NCBI GenBank assembly: GCA_038203825.1
Contig: JBBRDO010000003.1
Span: 7,591-71,590, forward strand
Direction: 5' to 3'
DNA from: Chloroflexia bacterium
Lineage (GTDB): Bacteria; Chloroflexota; Chloroflexia; QHBQ01; JADMIH01
Length of the DNA stretch: 64,000 bases
The notes below the pieces were generated by a model. The model did no database searches, had not been told where the DNA came from, and was given only the letters and a program-made list of their open reading frames with translations. The translations under genes and the position numbers were made by a program. Below, piece by piece: positions 1 through 9,652 of the stretch (position 1 is the stretch's first letter; each line of letters opens with the position of its first letter).

Positions 1-1422
1 GTACTTGGCCTGGCAGAGTTGACTCTTCAAAAGATGGGCTTCGGCGGTATATACGACCAGATCGGTGGCGGCTTCCACCGTTATTCCGTGGACGACGTTT
101 GGCTGGTGCCCCACTTCGAGAAGATGCTGTACGACAATGCGTTGCTCGCTCGGCTTTACCTGGCCGGTTATCAGGCGACAGGCAAGCCGCTTTACAGGCG
201 GATTGCTGAAGAAACACTGGATTATGTCGCCCGCGAGATGACGTCGAAGGAAGGTGGCTTCTACACGGCCCAGGATGCTGATAGCGAGGGCGTTGAGGGC
301 AAGTTCTATGTGTGGTCGCCCGACGAGGTCACCGAGCTATTGGGCGAGGATGACGGAAAGCTGTTCAATAGCCTCTACGATGTAACGCCCAGCGGCAACT
401 TCGATGGGCAGAGTATTTTGCATCTGGACAAGGATCCGGAAACACTTGCGATCGAAAACCAGGTGAACCCGGACGAAATACTTCGGATAGTACGCGACGC
501 CAAGGAAAAGCTATTTGCTGCCCGCGCACAGCGGGTGCACCCCGGCACCGACGACAAGCTAATCATGAGTTGGAACGGCCTGATGACTAGAGCATTCGCC
601 GAAGCCGCGTGCATCCTCGACAGCGATAAATACCGGCAGATCGCCATCGCCAATGCTCAACTCGTGACTTCGAAAATGCAAACTACGACCCCGGAAGGTG
701 AACACAGATGGTTCCGTACGTATAAAGACGGTCGGGCGCATATTGATGCGTTCGCGGAGGACTATGCTGCTTATGCTAACGCGTTGATCTCAGTTTACGA
801 AGCGACTTTTGATCCTGAGTGGCTTCGGATTGCGCGCTCGATGATCGACACTCTGATTAGTCACTTCTGGGACGATAAAGATGCAGGCTTCTTCTCTACG
901 TCGGATTACCATGAGACTCTCGTTTCGCGCCCCAAAGATTTCTATGACAACGCGGTTCCATCCGCGAATTCGGAGGCAGCCGAAGCTCTCTTGCGTCTAT
1001 ATCTGCTCACTGCCAACTCGGAATACGAAACGTTCGCTTTGAGGATTTTCCAACCCTTCCTTCCGGCGCTAGGCAGCGCTCCCACTTCCTTCGGCCGGCT
1101 TCTGTCCGCGATTGATTTCTATCTGAGTGGCGCTGCTGAGGTAGCTCTGATAGGGCCGTTTGAAAGTGAGTCCATGCAAGAATTGGTGCGGGCTACTTGG
1201 AGCCCGTACGCGCCGAATAAGGTAGTGGCGGGCAGCGAGCCTAAGGATAATGACGCGACGATCGATATACCCTTGCTGGAGAATAGGCCCATGCTGCATG
1301 GCAAGGCTGCTGCGTACGTGTGCAGAAACTACATATGCGAGGCCCCTACGTCGGACCCGTCGGAAGTAGTGCGCCTGCTGACAAGCCGACCTGCCGGTAA
1401 CAGTGTTGGGATCGACGTTTAG
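1..1422 (+). CDS. DUF255/YyaL-type thioredoxin-domain protein (SSP411-like), C-terminal part; 5' end truncated by window edge
   Basis: Frame 1 is open from nt 1 (the track ORF starts at internal TTG 19). Motifs FHRYSVD..W.VPHFEKMLYDNALL and GGFYTAQDADSEG.EGKFYVW are characteristic of the YyaL family. Confidence 0.8.
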   Translation, partial: VLGLAELTLQKMGFGGIYDQIGGGFHRYSVDDVWLVPHFEKMLYDNALLARLYLAGYQATGKPLYRRIAEETLDYVAREMTSKEGGFYTAQDADSEGVEGKFYVWSPDEVTELLGEDDGKLFNSLYDVTPSGNFDGQSILHLDKDPETLAIENQVNPDEILRIVRDAKEKLFAARAQRVHPGTDDKLIMSWNGLMTRAFAEAACILDSDKYRQIAIANAQLVTSKMQTTTPEGEHRWFRTYKDGRAHIDAFAEDYAAYANALISVYEATFDPEWLRIARSMIDTLISHFWDDKDAGFFSTSDYHETLVSRPKDFYDNAVPSANSEAAEALLRLYLLTANSEYETFALRIFQPFLPALGSAPTSFGRLLSAIDFYLSGAAEVALIGPFESESMQELVRATWSPYAPNKVVAGSEPKDNDATIDIPLLENRPMLHGKAAAYVCRNYICEAPTSDPSEVVRLLTSRPAGNSVGIDV

Positions 1423-1437
1423 GCGGCCATCTCAGGC

Positions 1438-1935
1438 CTACTGCGATGCCAGGCGTTCCAGCGTGGGGCGATCGAAGCGATAATGATACCACTCCTCCAG
1501 GTGTTGGCCCCCCAAGCGCTTGTAGAACTCGATAGCATGCTGGTTCCAGTCGAGCACAGTCCACTCCAGGCGGCCGCACCCGCGCTTGACGGCCTCCCGT
1601 GCCAGGAATAGCATGAGCGCATATCCTACGCGCTTGCCCCGGAACTCCGGTAGCACGAAAAGATCCTCGAGGTAGAGACTAGGCAGCGCCAGGAAAGTCG
1701 AATAAGTCTCGAAGGTAAACGCATACCCGGCAATCTTTCCCTCGGCCTCTGCCAGGAATACCTCGAAGCGGGGGTGCGGGCCAAACGCGTCGGCAACCAA
1801 CCTTTGCTGTGCCGCTTGGTTGGGCGGTTCCAGTTTCTCGAACTCCGCCAGCCCCAGGATGAGGCTGATAAGTAGATCGGCATCGTTCGCAGTCGCCTTA
1901 CGAATTGCTATATCTTTGGGCTGCGTTTCATCCAT
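1438..1935 (-). CDS. GNAT family N-acetyltransferase (diamine acetyltransferase-like)
   Basis: 165 aa with a RGKRVGYALM acetyl-CoA binding motif. It lies 37 nt downstream of the dynamin-like gene on the same strand. Confidence 0.85.
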   Translation of the reverse strand: MDETQPKDIAIRKATANDADLLISLILGLAEFEKLEPPNQAAQQRLVADAFGPHPRFEVFLAEAEGKIAGYAFTFETYSTFLALPSLYLEDLFVLPEFRGKRVGYALMLFLAREAVKRGCGRLEWTVLDWNQHAIEFYKRLGGQHLEEWYHYRFDRPTLERLASQ

Positions 1936-1972
1936 GTGGCGTTCGCTCTCCTATCCGTGCGCGTGGCTTTCG

Positions 1973-3805
1973 CTAGTGACCAATGTTCTCTATCTGCTGG
2001 CGAAGTGTATGCAACCTGCCGCCAACCTCAGTCATTTCCGCGTCGGCCTTCGACACTCGTTCCTGCTCCAGCCGCACGAAGCGCGTATACGGCGCGATTG
2101 CATGGTGGATCCGGTCCATCGAGCGGGCTAGCTCCTCGTTGAACTGCGCGGTCATAGCGCTGCTAAGTTTGTCTCGCAATTCCTGCGTACGGACCCGGAA
2201 GTCTTCCTGGGCCTTGCGCTTACGGAAAGGCAGAACGAACAAACCGATAGCCCCGGCAAGAATGGCGGCAGTAATACCGGTAACGTCAAGGAATGCGACA
2301 GTAACAGTTGCGGCCACTATCACACCCAGAGCAGCCACACCTCCGGCGCCAAGCATCACACCCACCGCGTTCCGCATATCTTGAGCGATTATTGTTGCTT
2401 CCTGCTCGCGGTCATATGTTTCGACCACGTGGCGCGCCTCCTTGACCACCGAACGCAATAATGCGTCACGGTTATAGGCGAATCCCGAGACACCTGACAT
2501 ACCAACGTTACCGATCAGCTTCTCGCTGTAGCCCGGTGCTGATCCCACGCCCACGGCTTGCCGCTTGTTTACGTAGTCCGTCACGCTCTGCCACATGCGC
2601 AGGTCCTGATCCACCATCCAGTCAATCAGGCCGTTCGTCGCGTCGTCGACACGCTGCGCCGTATCACTCACCACCGTCTTCTGGAACTCAGACTCGATCT
2701 TCTTGGCATTTAGCAGGTCTCGTATACGGCCCACGCGCAACGTTTCATTAAAGAAAAGGTCCCCGCGCTCCTTTAGTTCATACACGACATTTTCGATGTT
2801 GGCCAGCCGCCCCTCGAACTCGCGTCTCATGTCCTCACCATATATCCTGAGTTGGTCTTCAATATTCTGGACCGTCTTGAAGTCCTCGGCTAGCACATCT
2901 AGTCTGTCATGAGCGACTGTCTTGTAGCGTTCCAGCACACGGTTCGCTACACCGAGCGGCGTGGAAAGCTTGAGGCGTATGCGTCCGGCTTCGTCGAGGG
3001 TCGTGAAGATATGCTTCTCCAGCACGTCCATCCTGCTTGCCTTCAGCAGGGCCTCACGCTCGGCGAAAGTTGCCGTTGCACGTGCACGCTTTGCCAGCCT
3101 GGCCGATACTGGGAATATCTCAGGCTTCTGGCCCAGTAGCACGACGCTGTTCTCCGCGATGAATTGCATTACACTATGCAAGTCCTCTTCGCTCGCAAGC
3201 ATGTCGATCTTGTTGAGGATCAGCACGATCTTTTTGCCCCAATCCTTGATCGTCTCCATGAATGCGCGTTCGGACTCGGTAAAGGGCCTGTCTGCCGACG
3301 TGATGAAAAGTACCATATCCGAACGTGGAACGAACGTGCGCGTCAATTCCTCGTGGCGCCTGATGATAGCGTTCGTGCCCGGTGTATCGACAATACTGAT
3401 CTCCCGGAGGAAATCAGCGGGATAAGTACGCTCAGTAACGTAATCTGCCGACTTGTGTTCGGTGACCGTTTCACCGTACCGCAGTAGATTGATAGTGGCC
3501 GTCGTTGGCGTGACACCTTCTGGAAGTACCTCAGCACCAAGCAGAGCATTAATGAATGTCGACTTGCCTGAATTAAACTCGCCCACAATCACGAGCAGGA
3601 AGAGTTCATCGAGGTCGGCCGCCGCCTGACGTAGGGATTCAATGTCTGCTTGGTCGGGTTCCAGGGGCGCGATCGCTGTCGTAAGCATCCGCAATGCGTC
3701 ACGCTCTGCCGCCCGCAGCTTATTTTCCTGGTCGTCTAGAATGTCTACGCTTTTCATACTTTGATTGCTTGCTCTCCTGCTGTTGGACTGGCCGGGTTCT
3801 TGCAC
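1973..3805 (-). CDS. Bacterial dynamin-like GTPase (BDLP family)
   Basis: G1 GEFNSGKST, G3 DTPG, G4 NKID. Long helical stalk and a hydrophobic paddle (GVMLGAGGVAALGVIVAATV...LAGAIGLFVLPF) near the C-terminus. Start uncertain (GTG 3805 or ATG 3757). Confidence 0.8.
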   Translation of the reverse strand: MQEPGQSNSRRASNQSMKSVDILDDQENKLRAAERDALRMLTTAIAPLEPDQADIESLRQAAADLDELFLLVIVGEFNSGKSTFINALLGAEVLPEGVTPTTATINLLRYGETVTEHKSADYVTERTYPADFLREISIVDTPGTNAIIRRHEELTRTFVPRSDMVLFITSADRPFTESERAFMETIKDWGKKIVLILNKIDMLASEEDLHSVMQFIAENSVVLLGQKPEIFPVSARLAKRARATATFAEREALLKASRMDVLEKHIFTTLDEAGRIRLKLSTPLGVANRVLERYKTVAHDRLDVLAEDFKTVQNIEDQLRIYGEDMRREFEGRLANIENVVYELKERGDLFFNETLRVGRIRDLLNAKKIESEFQKTVVSDTAQRVDDATNGLIDWMVDQDLRMWQSVTDYVNKRQAVGVGSAPGYSEKLIGNVGMSGVSGFAYNRDALLRSVVKEARHVVETYDREQEATIIAQDMRNAVGVMLGAGGVAALGVIVAATVTVAFLDVTGITAAILAGAIGLFVLPFRKRKAQEDFRVRTQELRDKLSSAMTAQFNEELARSMDRIHHAIAPYTRFVRLEQERVSKADAEMTEVGGRLHTLRQQIENIGH

Positions 3806-3946
3806 TCATACTATATCATGTTTGCTATGTGCGGAATATGCGTACGTTATGAAACGGTTCGCTTGACGTGCGGACCGCATTTTGATACCCTATCACAGGC
3901 TATTGCAATTACCTTGCCCACACTTTTACCTGAAAAGGGCGTACCC

Positions 3947-4321
3947 ATGGACATGTCCAAGACAACTGACGATTTCGGCCACGCGGGCCCGGTCACGAGC
4001 AGAGTCGCGCTACTGCTTTGCACCGACTTGATGTTTGGGTCAGAACTGCAAGCCATATCTCGCAAAGCCGGGTTTCGTCCTGTAGCCGTGCGGCTGGGGT
4101 CTGCCTTGCCCGCCGGTGATATCTTGGTTGTCGATTTGGCGGCGAGTGGTGACTGGGAGTCGTCCATGAAGGCTGCTGTTGCTCGCAACACGCCGGTTGT
4201 GGCTTTCGGCCCGCACACAGACGCGGAAGCGCGCCGTAAGGCAAAAGGAGCAGGGGCGAGTCGTGTTCTGTCCAACGGCAATCTTGCCCGCGATTTACCA
4301 AACATACTTAAGGAGCTCTAG
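3947..4321 (+). CDS. Hypothetical small protein (124 aa)
   Basis: In-frame ATG 3947 is preferred over track start 3761, which would overlap the divergent dynamin gene start. Its stop TAG abuts the ATG of the next gene (TAGATG). No family recognised. Confidence 0.45.
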   Translation: MDMSKTTDDFGHAGPVTSRVALLLCTDLMFGSELQAISRKAGFRPVAVRLGSALPAGDILVVDLAASGDWESSMKAAVARNTPVVAFGPHTDAEARRKAKGAGASRVLSNGNLARDLPNILKEL

Positions 4322-4786
4322 ATGCCCGCAATTGAAGGCGTGGTCGTAAAAAGCTTGGTAACCCACCCGGATGAGCGCGGTTTCTTCCGCGAGGTTATCC
4401 GCAAAACCGATCCATTCTTCGCAGAGGGCTTTGCTCAACTGAGCCATTCCCTTATGCACCCCGGCGTGGCCAAGGCTTGGCACATTCACAAGACACAGAT
4501 TGATTGGTGGTATGTGCCGATAGGTGTGCTAAGAGTAGCCCTTTTTGATGCGCGTCCGGAATCACCTACCAAAGGCGTCTTGCAGGAGCTATTCATGGGC
4601 GGGGAGCACGGCTACTCTGTACTGAAAATACCCGCAGGTGTGGCACACGGCTGCAAAGCCATCGGTGGAACAGCGCATCTCCTCTATGTTACATCGAATG
4701 TTTACGACACAGCCGAGGAAGGCCGAATACCGTTTGATGACGCGGAAATCGGCTATGACTGGATCTCCGGCCCGGCGATAAAGTAG
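4322..4786 (+). CDS. RmlC-like cupin (dTDP-4-dehydrorhamnose 3,5-epimerase family, short form)
   Basis: HPDERGFFREV, AWHIHK.Q.DWWYV, KIPAGVAHG and terminal IGYDW fit the RmlC-type epimerase pattern. Confidence 0.7.
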   Translation: MPAIEGVVVKSLVTHPDERGFFREVIRKTDPFFAEGFAQLSHSLMHPGVAKAWHIHKTQIDWWYVPIGVLRVALFDARPESPTKGVLQELFMGGEHGYSVLKIPAGVAHGCKAIGGTAHLLYVTSNVYDTAEEGRIPFDDAEIGYDWISGPAIK

Positions 4787-4806
4787 CTTATCCGATCCCT
4801 ATTTGG

Positions 4807-4840
4807 AAGCCTGCGCAGTCTGCGCTCAGGCTTTATTTTT
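4807..4840 (+). terminator. Rho-independent terminator after the cupin gene
   Basis: AAGCCTG...CAGGCTT stem (4807-4813 / 4827-4833) with inner GC pairs, followed by TTTATTTTT. Confidence 0.6.
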
Positions 4841-5102
4841 GCTTAGTATTAGACAACGACAGCAAAAGGTACTAATCAAAATTATCACCTTAGTACCATT
4901 CCAAAAACAACCAAACGGCCCTATATTATAGGAGGCGCGGCAGTACGTTGATCGCCACTCAATTCCGCGTTGTCGATGAGTAAGGTGTAGCTGGGAATCT
5001 CTTTTTCTACTTGAGCTGTCGGGTCTAATCGGTGCAGATGCTCGAGTTTTCCAATCTGTCTTGTATGAATCCAGGATCCAAGATTAACCGGGAGGACAAT
5101 GT

Positions 5103-7568
5103 ATGGCGCAGCCCAAGGTACCGAGTCAGGTATTATGCCCCCACTGTGCTGCGGGCAATCTACAGGGTTCTCCACATTGTAGCAGTTGTGGCAGTCCTCT
5201 AAACAGTATAGTGGAACGCCGGGCTCCCACGATGTTGGGGGCTGCTGCTCAGGTACCTCGGATCGTTACAGATCCCATATCCCTCCTTACGTCGGAAGGG
5301 CAAGACCGTGAGGCAGTTAAGCAGACTTACGAGCGTGCCACTACAATCCTCACTGCCGGCGAAACCATTGAATATATCGCCGTCGCCAAGGGCGGCATCG
5401 GTCACTCGTCCGACTGCGCGGTCGCAACCAACAAACGGCTATTATTATATCGTAAGAAAGTCCTGGGCAAGTTCGAACTCGACGACTGCTATTGGCGCGA
5501 TGTGGAAAGCCTCGCACTTTCGGATGTGAAGGGCGGAGTCAACTTGACGTTGCACGCAATCCAGGGCTGGCATCTCTTGGCTGAGAGCATTCCAAAGCCC
5601 CAGGCGGCGCGATTGCACCAAGTAGCAATTACATTCAGTGATCGGCTTCGCAACTCTGCTCCACACTCAGAGGCGCAGCGTGCTGGGTCGTCCTTTGTCT
5701 TTTTGTCTCCTCAGTCTGAACCTGCTGCCCCGTCACCTTCCCGGCCACTTGCCTCACCGCCCTCGGCGCCTCTAATCGTGCCTGCGAACATGCAAGACGT
5801 GTCAGCACTGGGAACGAACCCTGCGATGCAACTCGTCGAACAGCAACCCGCTCCGACCGGTCCACGCAGTGCAAACACGGGCCCCGCTCCCGCCTACAAC
5901 GGCGCATACTACATTGCCACACCGGAGTCGGTGCTGCAGAACATCCTTCAAAGCTCAGCTCTTGACGGTGAATTAGAAGTAGGTGTGCCCACCCGGCCTA
6001 TGCAGTGGAGCGCTGCAGCATTTCAAGCACCGGCTCTGACGGATGTGCAGCCTGTCACCCTAAGTGAGCAAAGTTCGCCGTTTGAAACCAGCACTCATGA
6101 CGGCAGCCGGAACGCCGTTGATCCACATGGCGCAGAAAACCAGGCAGAAACTCTGTCGAACAGCAGTATCAGTGGCCTGCATGCCGGGCCCGATCCCTGG
6201 AATTACAGCAAGAACGGCGGAGGGATAAGTGTCCCTGGCGTCGATGGCCACGACACCGAGCCCCAGTTGCGGATAACACCGCCGTTGACGACATTGGAGC
6301 GCATCGCGGTATTCTCTCTATCTTCGGGGTCGCTCGCCCATGATAATGGAAGAGGTCCACGCGCAGCTTTCGACCCTGCTTCGCTGCCGGTCGTAGATAA
6401 CGGTCTGCACATTGTTCCACGACTTCCTCTGGCTACTTCTCAAGCTACAGGCAGCATGTCGGACGCAAATGATCAGTCAGACAGCGACACGCCGGTCCAA
6501 CGCGATGATGCCTCGGACGATACACTACGCATCTTGGCCGAAAAGATAAGCGGACATCTTGATGACGACATGTCGTTCAGTTCTTCAAGCCTGCACTCGT
6601 TGCACTGGTCTATGGACAACACAGGCGTGATACCTGATCACGCCATGGACACTGAGATCACTGAACACATAAGCGTGTTACTCGGCCCCGACGATATTAG
6701 CTGCCCCCTGCCTGTAGCGTCTTCGGGGGGCATTGTAGTGCCGGACCCACCCTTGGCCGATGCAGATGTGGTGAGTACGTCGAGTTCAGGTCAAGATTCA
6801 GAAATTGTAGCATCCGTTGTAACGCGCACCAAAACGGAACGGCCGGGCCTTACAAATGGCTCTGAGTCGCCTGTCGTTGTCGAAGAACCGGAATCAGGAG
6901 ATTCTCAGAAAGACTCCTCTGCGGTTCTGCCCAACCTGTCATCGGGCCCGGACGACGAGTTCATCTCAATCGTCGGGCTCGTGGGCGAAAGTCTGTCCAG
7001 TAGCCCGGTGACACTAGCCGTTGCGCCCATATCCCCGGATGTCAACGTGGATGACGACGAGGCGACTTTTGATGCAGATTCGTCACATAGTGCGCATCCA
7101 ACAGCGCCCATGGGTTCGGTTGACACTTACTTACCCGTGCCCGGCTCAATGACCCGCTTGTCCAGCGGGCCCCTGCTTGCCGCGTCTTCACATCTAGACC
7201 ACGACATGGAGGACTTGTACAAGAACACCGGCCCAATGGCGACCCAGCGTCTCGAAGGTGACCAGCAATTTGACCAGAGTGATCGCCCCACCAGCATCAA
7301 CCTCACGATGGGCAGTATCCCCAACCGAGAAGATGCCGGCCATGATTGGGACGCAGGTGCAGTCCACTCGCCTCAGGTTCAACGAACTGCGAGCGATGAT
7401 CAAAAGAAGCCCCGCGTTGGCAACACTGCCAACAGAACGGCGAGCCCGAAAATTCCGCTTGACGATCCTATCGCCAAGATGAAGCAGCTTAAAGCCCTAT
7501 TGGACGCGGGTTTCATAACTGACGAGGATTATGCAGCCAAGAAGGCCGAGATCCTTTCCCGCATCTAA
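5103..7568 (+). CDS. Zinc-ribbon + PH-like (YokE/bPH-type) + long disordered acidic/Ser-Pro-rich region + C-terminal SHOCT domain protein
   Basis: CPHC-x12-CSSC near the N-terminus. GETIEYIAVAKGG...ATNKRLLLYRKK PH-like core. About 550 aa of low complexity. C-terminal DPIAKMKQLKALLDAGFITDEDYAAKKAEIL is a SHOCT signature. GGGAGGA SD lies 6 nt before the ATG. Confidence 0.7.
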   Translation: MAQPKVPSQVLCPHCAAGNLQGSPHCSSCGSPLNSIVERRAPTMLGAAAQVPRIVTDPISLLTSEGQDREAVKQTYERATTILTAGETIEYIAVAKGGIGHSSDCAVATNKRLLLYRKKVLGKFELDDCYWRDVESLALSDVKGGVNLTLHAIQGWHLLAESIPKPQAARLHQVAITFSDRLRNSAPHSEAQRAGSSFVFLSPQSEPAAPSPSRPLASPPSAPLIVPANMQDVSALGTNPAMQLVEQQPAPTGPRSANTGPAPAYNGAYYIATPESVLQNILQSSALDGELEVGVPTRPMQWSAAAFQAPALTDVQPVTLSEQSSPFETSTHDGSRNAVDPHGAENQAETLSNSSISGLHAGPDPWNYSKNGGGISVPGVDGHDTEPQLRITPPLTTLERIAVFSLSSGSLAHDNGRGPRAAFDPASLPVVDNGLHIVPRLPLATSQATGSMSDANDQSDSDTPVQRDDASDDTLRILAEKISGHLDDDMSFSSSSLHSLHWSMDNTGVIPDHAMDTEITEHISVLLGPDDISCPLPVASSGGIVVPDPPLADADVVSTSSSGQDSEIVASVVTRTKTERPGLTNGSESPVVVEEPESGDSQKDSSAVLPNLSSGPDDEFISIVGLVGESLSSSPVTLAVAPISPDVNVDDDEATFDADSSHSAHPTAPMGSVDTYLPVPGSMTRLSSGPLLAASSHLDHDMEDLYKNTGPMATQRLEGDQQFDQSDRPTSINLTMGSIPNREDAGHDWDAGAVHSPQVQRTASDDQKKPRVGNTANRTASPKIPLDDPIAKMKQLKALLDAGFITDEDYAAKKAEILSRI

Positions 7569-7605
7569 CCCACGTCCTCAATGTCCTCTATCTCGTAGCT
7601 GCTGC

Positions 7606-9477
7606 TTATCTCCACCATAGGTCTTGCTTCAAAATGGCCGCCCCGAGAAGCCCTAGCTGCACTTCGTAGGGCGTGCCGGCGGCTTCCGGGTGTAATTCGA
7701 ACCGATTTCGCTCGAAGTACTGCACCGTGTAGGAATGCCCTTCCGGCCCCTTTTCCACTACTTCCTCGGAGATTGGATAGCCGTAGACCGCCAGGCCTCC
7801 CGTTTTCTGCCAGTATGACAGGAATTGCTTGCTCAACGTGTGACCCGTTTGCGGGAAGTAAACAGCGCTCGCCTGAACACTGTCTGCTTTCACGGGTTGG
7901 AAGAAGCGCCCTTTCACGAGCTCCTGGCCAATCAACCTGAGTAGCACTTCGCTGCCCGTTCCCTTGAGCTCAGGGTGGTATTCGAACACCGCTCGCTGAA
8001 AGAATTGGCTCAGCACACCATTGATCTCAGTAGGGCGAGATATTGGGTAACCGAATTGCTCTAAGCCACCCTTTTCAATCCAATACTCCGTAAACTCGGG
8101 CGCAATAGTTTGCTGCGTCTGCGTGAAGTAGAACAGCTTCGCAGCCCGCGCATCCGCTTCACTTACCGGGTCCGTGATCTTAACGTTTAGAGCGAGTTCC
8201 TGGTAAACGTGATAAGCCAGCTTGTGAACCCACACGCGTCCGGAGGGATCATAGTTGTCATGCTTATCATTCTCCATGAGTCGCACCAACCCATAATTGT
8301 GAGTATAATTGCCCGGCACAAAGTCTTCATACTTGAACCAGAAGACATGCGCTACTTCCGCTCGAAGATCGCTCGACGAGAGAATGCCGCTGTAGATTGC
8401 GTTGAGATAATATGCCTGGTCTATCTCTGCCTGACTCGTGGGATCGTTGGTGCTGACCGGAGGATCTGCCGGAGCGCCGATTTCTGTGAGCCACAGCTTG
8501 CTTTTGAAGTCGCCCCTGTCATGCATTTTCTGCGTAAACTCGTTTAGAAGGCTAAACAGGTTTGTCACGTCAGTGTAATAGGGGTGTAAAGCTACTCCGT
8601 CCCACGGAACGATATTCCAACCCGGCTTAGAGGCGTTTCCAGCGGCCTGGTATCGAGCGACCCAGCTAGACGCATAGAGCTCATAGAGGTAGTCGAATTG
8701 GTTGCGGTTTTGTCCCTCGGGAGGTGAGCCGATCACCATACCACCCGTCAATATCTGCGCTTGCGGATCTTCGGTCTTAATGGACTCATAGGTAGTGCTA
8801 ATTAAGCAAGCGTAGCGCTCCGACTTTATTTCGGCCTCTCCCCACTTGCTATCCTGCCATAGATCCCAACTTATGTTGGGCTCATTTATGATTTCGTATG
8901 CACTTATTGCAGAGCCGTAGTGGGCTGCCACCGACGCCGCCCGATCGCGGAATACTCGAATAAAGTGGTTCGTACCATCGGTGGGGTCCATGCCGGCTTC
9001 GTCAGCCGGATCGTTGAATGCCACCGTACGCACCGTCGCGCCCTTATAAGACACGAGACCCACGTTAAGCAGCGCCAGTACCTTGAAGCCGTACTTGGGA
9101 GCAATCTCTTTGATGAACCAGTCGTACTTGGTCCAATTGATCTCACCGGGTGCGACCGTGCCGTCGTAGTCTGCGAAAAACTCCATGCGAATCCAGCGCA
9201 CTCCCGCGGCAGCAAGTTCTTTGGCCTGCTGTTCCAGTGCACCCTTGTTGGGAGCCATTGGGTAGTTGACAGGGTCGGTGTTGAACTCATAGAAGGGATC
9301 CCGAATGACCATGCCAAACAGGTCGGAATCCTGTGGGGTGCGCGCACGATCGGCGGCCAAGGCCGTTGGGTTACTGTCCGTCCTGACTGAAAATACACCA
9401 ATCGTCATGGCTGCAATAACCACCGCGAGACATATACGTACAGAGCGCCACGTAAGCGCATTGGATAATGTGATCAT
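7606..9477 (-). CDS. Membrane-anchored clan GH-A (GH5-like) glycoside hydrolase with two C-terminal ~80-aa repeats
   Basis: EIINEPN (acid/base) and LWLTEIG (nucleophile) motifs, plus an N-terminal TM helix. ATG 9477 has a GAGAGAG SD 7 nt upstream and is preferred over track start 9528. C-terminal repeats contain YW.K.GGL..(F/Y)GYPIS. Confidence 0.75.
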   Translation of the reverse strand: MITLSNALTWRSVRICLAVVIAAMTIGVFSVRTDSNPTALAADRARTPQDSDLFGMVIRDPFYEFNTDPVNYPMAPNKGALEQQAKELAAAGVRWIRMEFFADYDGTVAPGEINWTKYDWFIKEIAPKYGFKVLALLNVGLVSYKGATVRTVAFNDPADEAGMDPTDGTNHFIRVFRDRAASVAAHYGSAISAYEIINEPNISWDLWQDSKWGEAEIKSERYACLISTTYESIKTEDPQAQILTGGMVIGSPPEGQNRNQFDYLYELYASSWVARYQAAGNASKPGWNIVPWDGVALHPYYTDVTNLFSLLNEFTQKMHDRGDFKSKLWLTEIGAPADPPVSTNDPTSQAEIDQAYYLNAIYSGILSSSDLRAEVAHVFWFKYEDFVPGNYTHNYGLVRLMENDKHDNYDPSGRVWVHKLAYHVYQELALNVKITDPVSEADARAAKLFYFTQTQQTIAPEFTEYWIEKGGLEQFGYPISRPTEINGVLSQFFQRAVFEYHPELKGTGSEVLLRLIGQELVKGRFFQPVKADSVQASAVYFPQTGHTLSKQFLSYWQKTGGLAVYGYPISEEVVEKGPEGHSYTVQYFERNRFELHPEAAGTPYEVQLGLLGAAILKQDLWWR

Positions 9478-9652
9478 GTTGTAACTCTCTCGTTCAAAAG
9501 TACCGGCCGTCGAAAATATGACGAACAATATTCAAGTGGGTTGCGCGTCATGCCCGCGCAAAAATTATAGCATCAATGACGGCGATACAAAGTGTTATTC
9601 ACAAGGACCGAACTCCGGAGACCCTTTCAGCACACTGTTATGTCAGGAGGAA

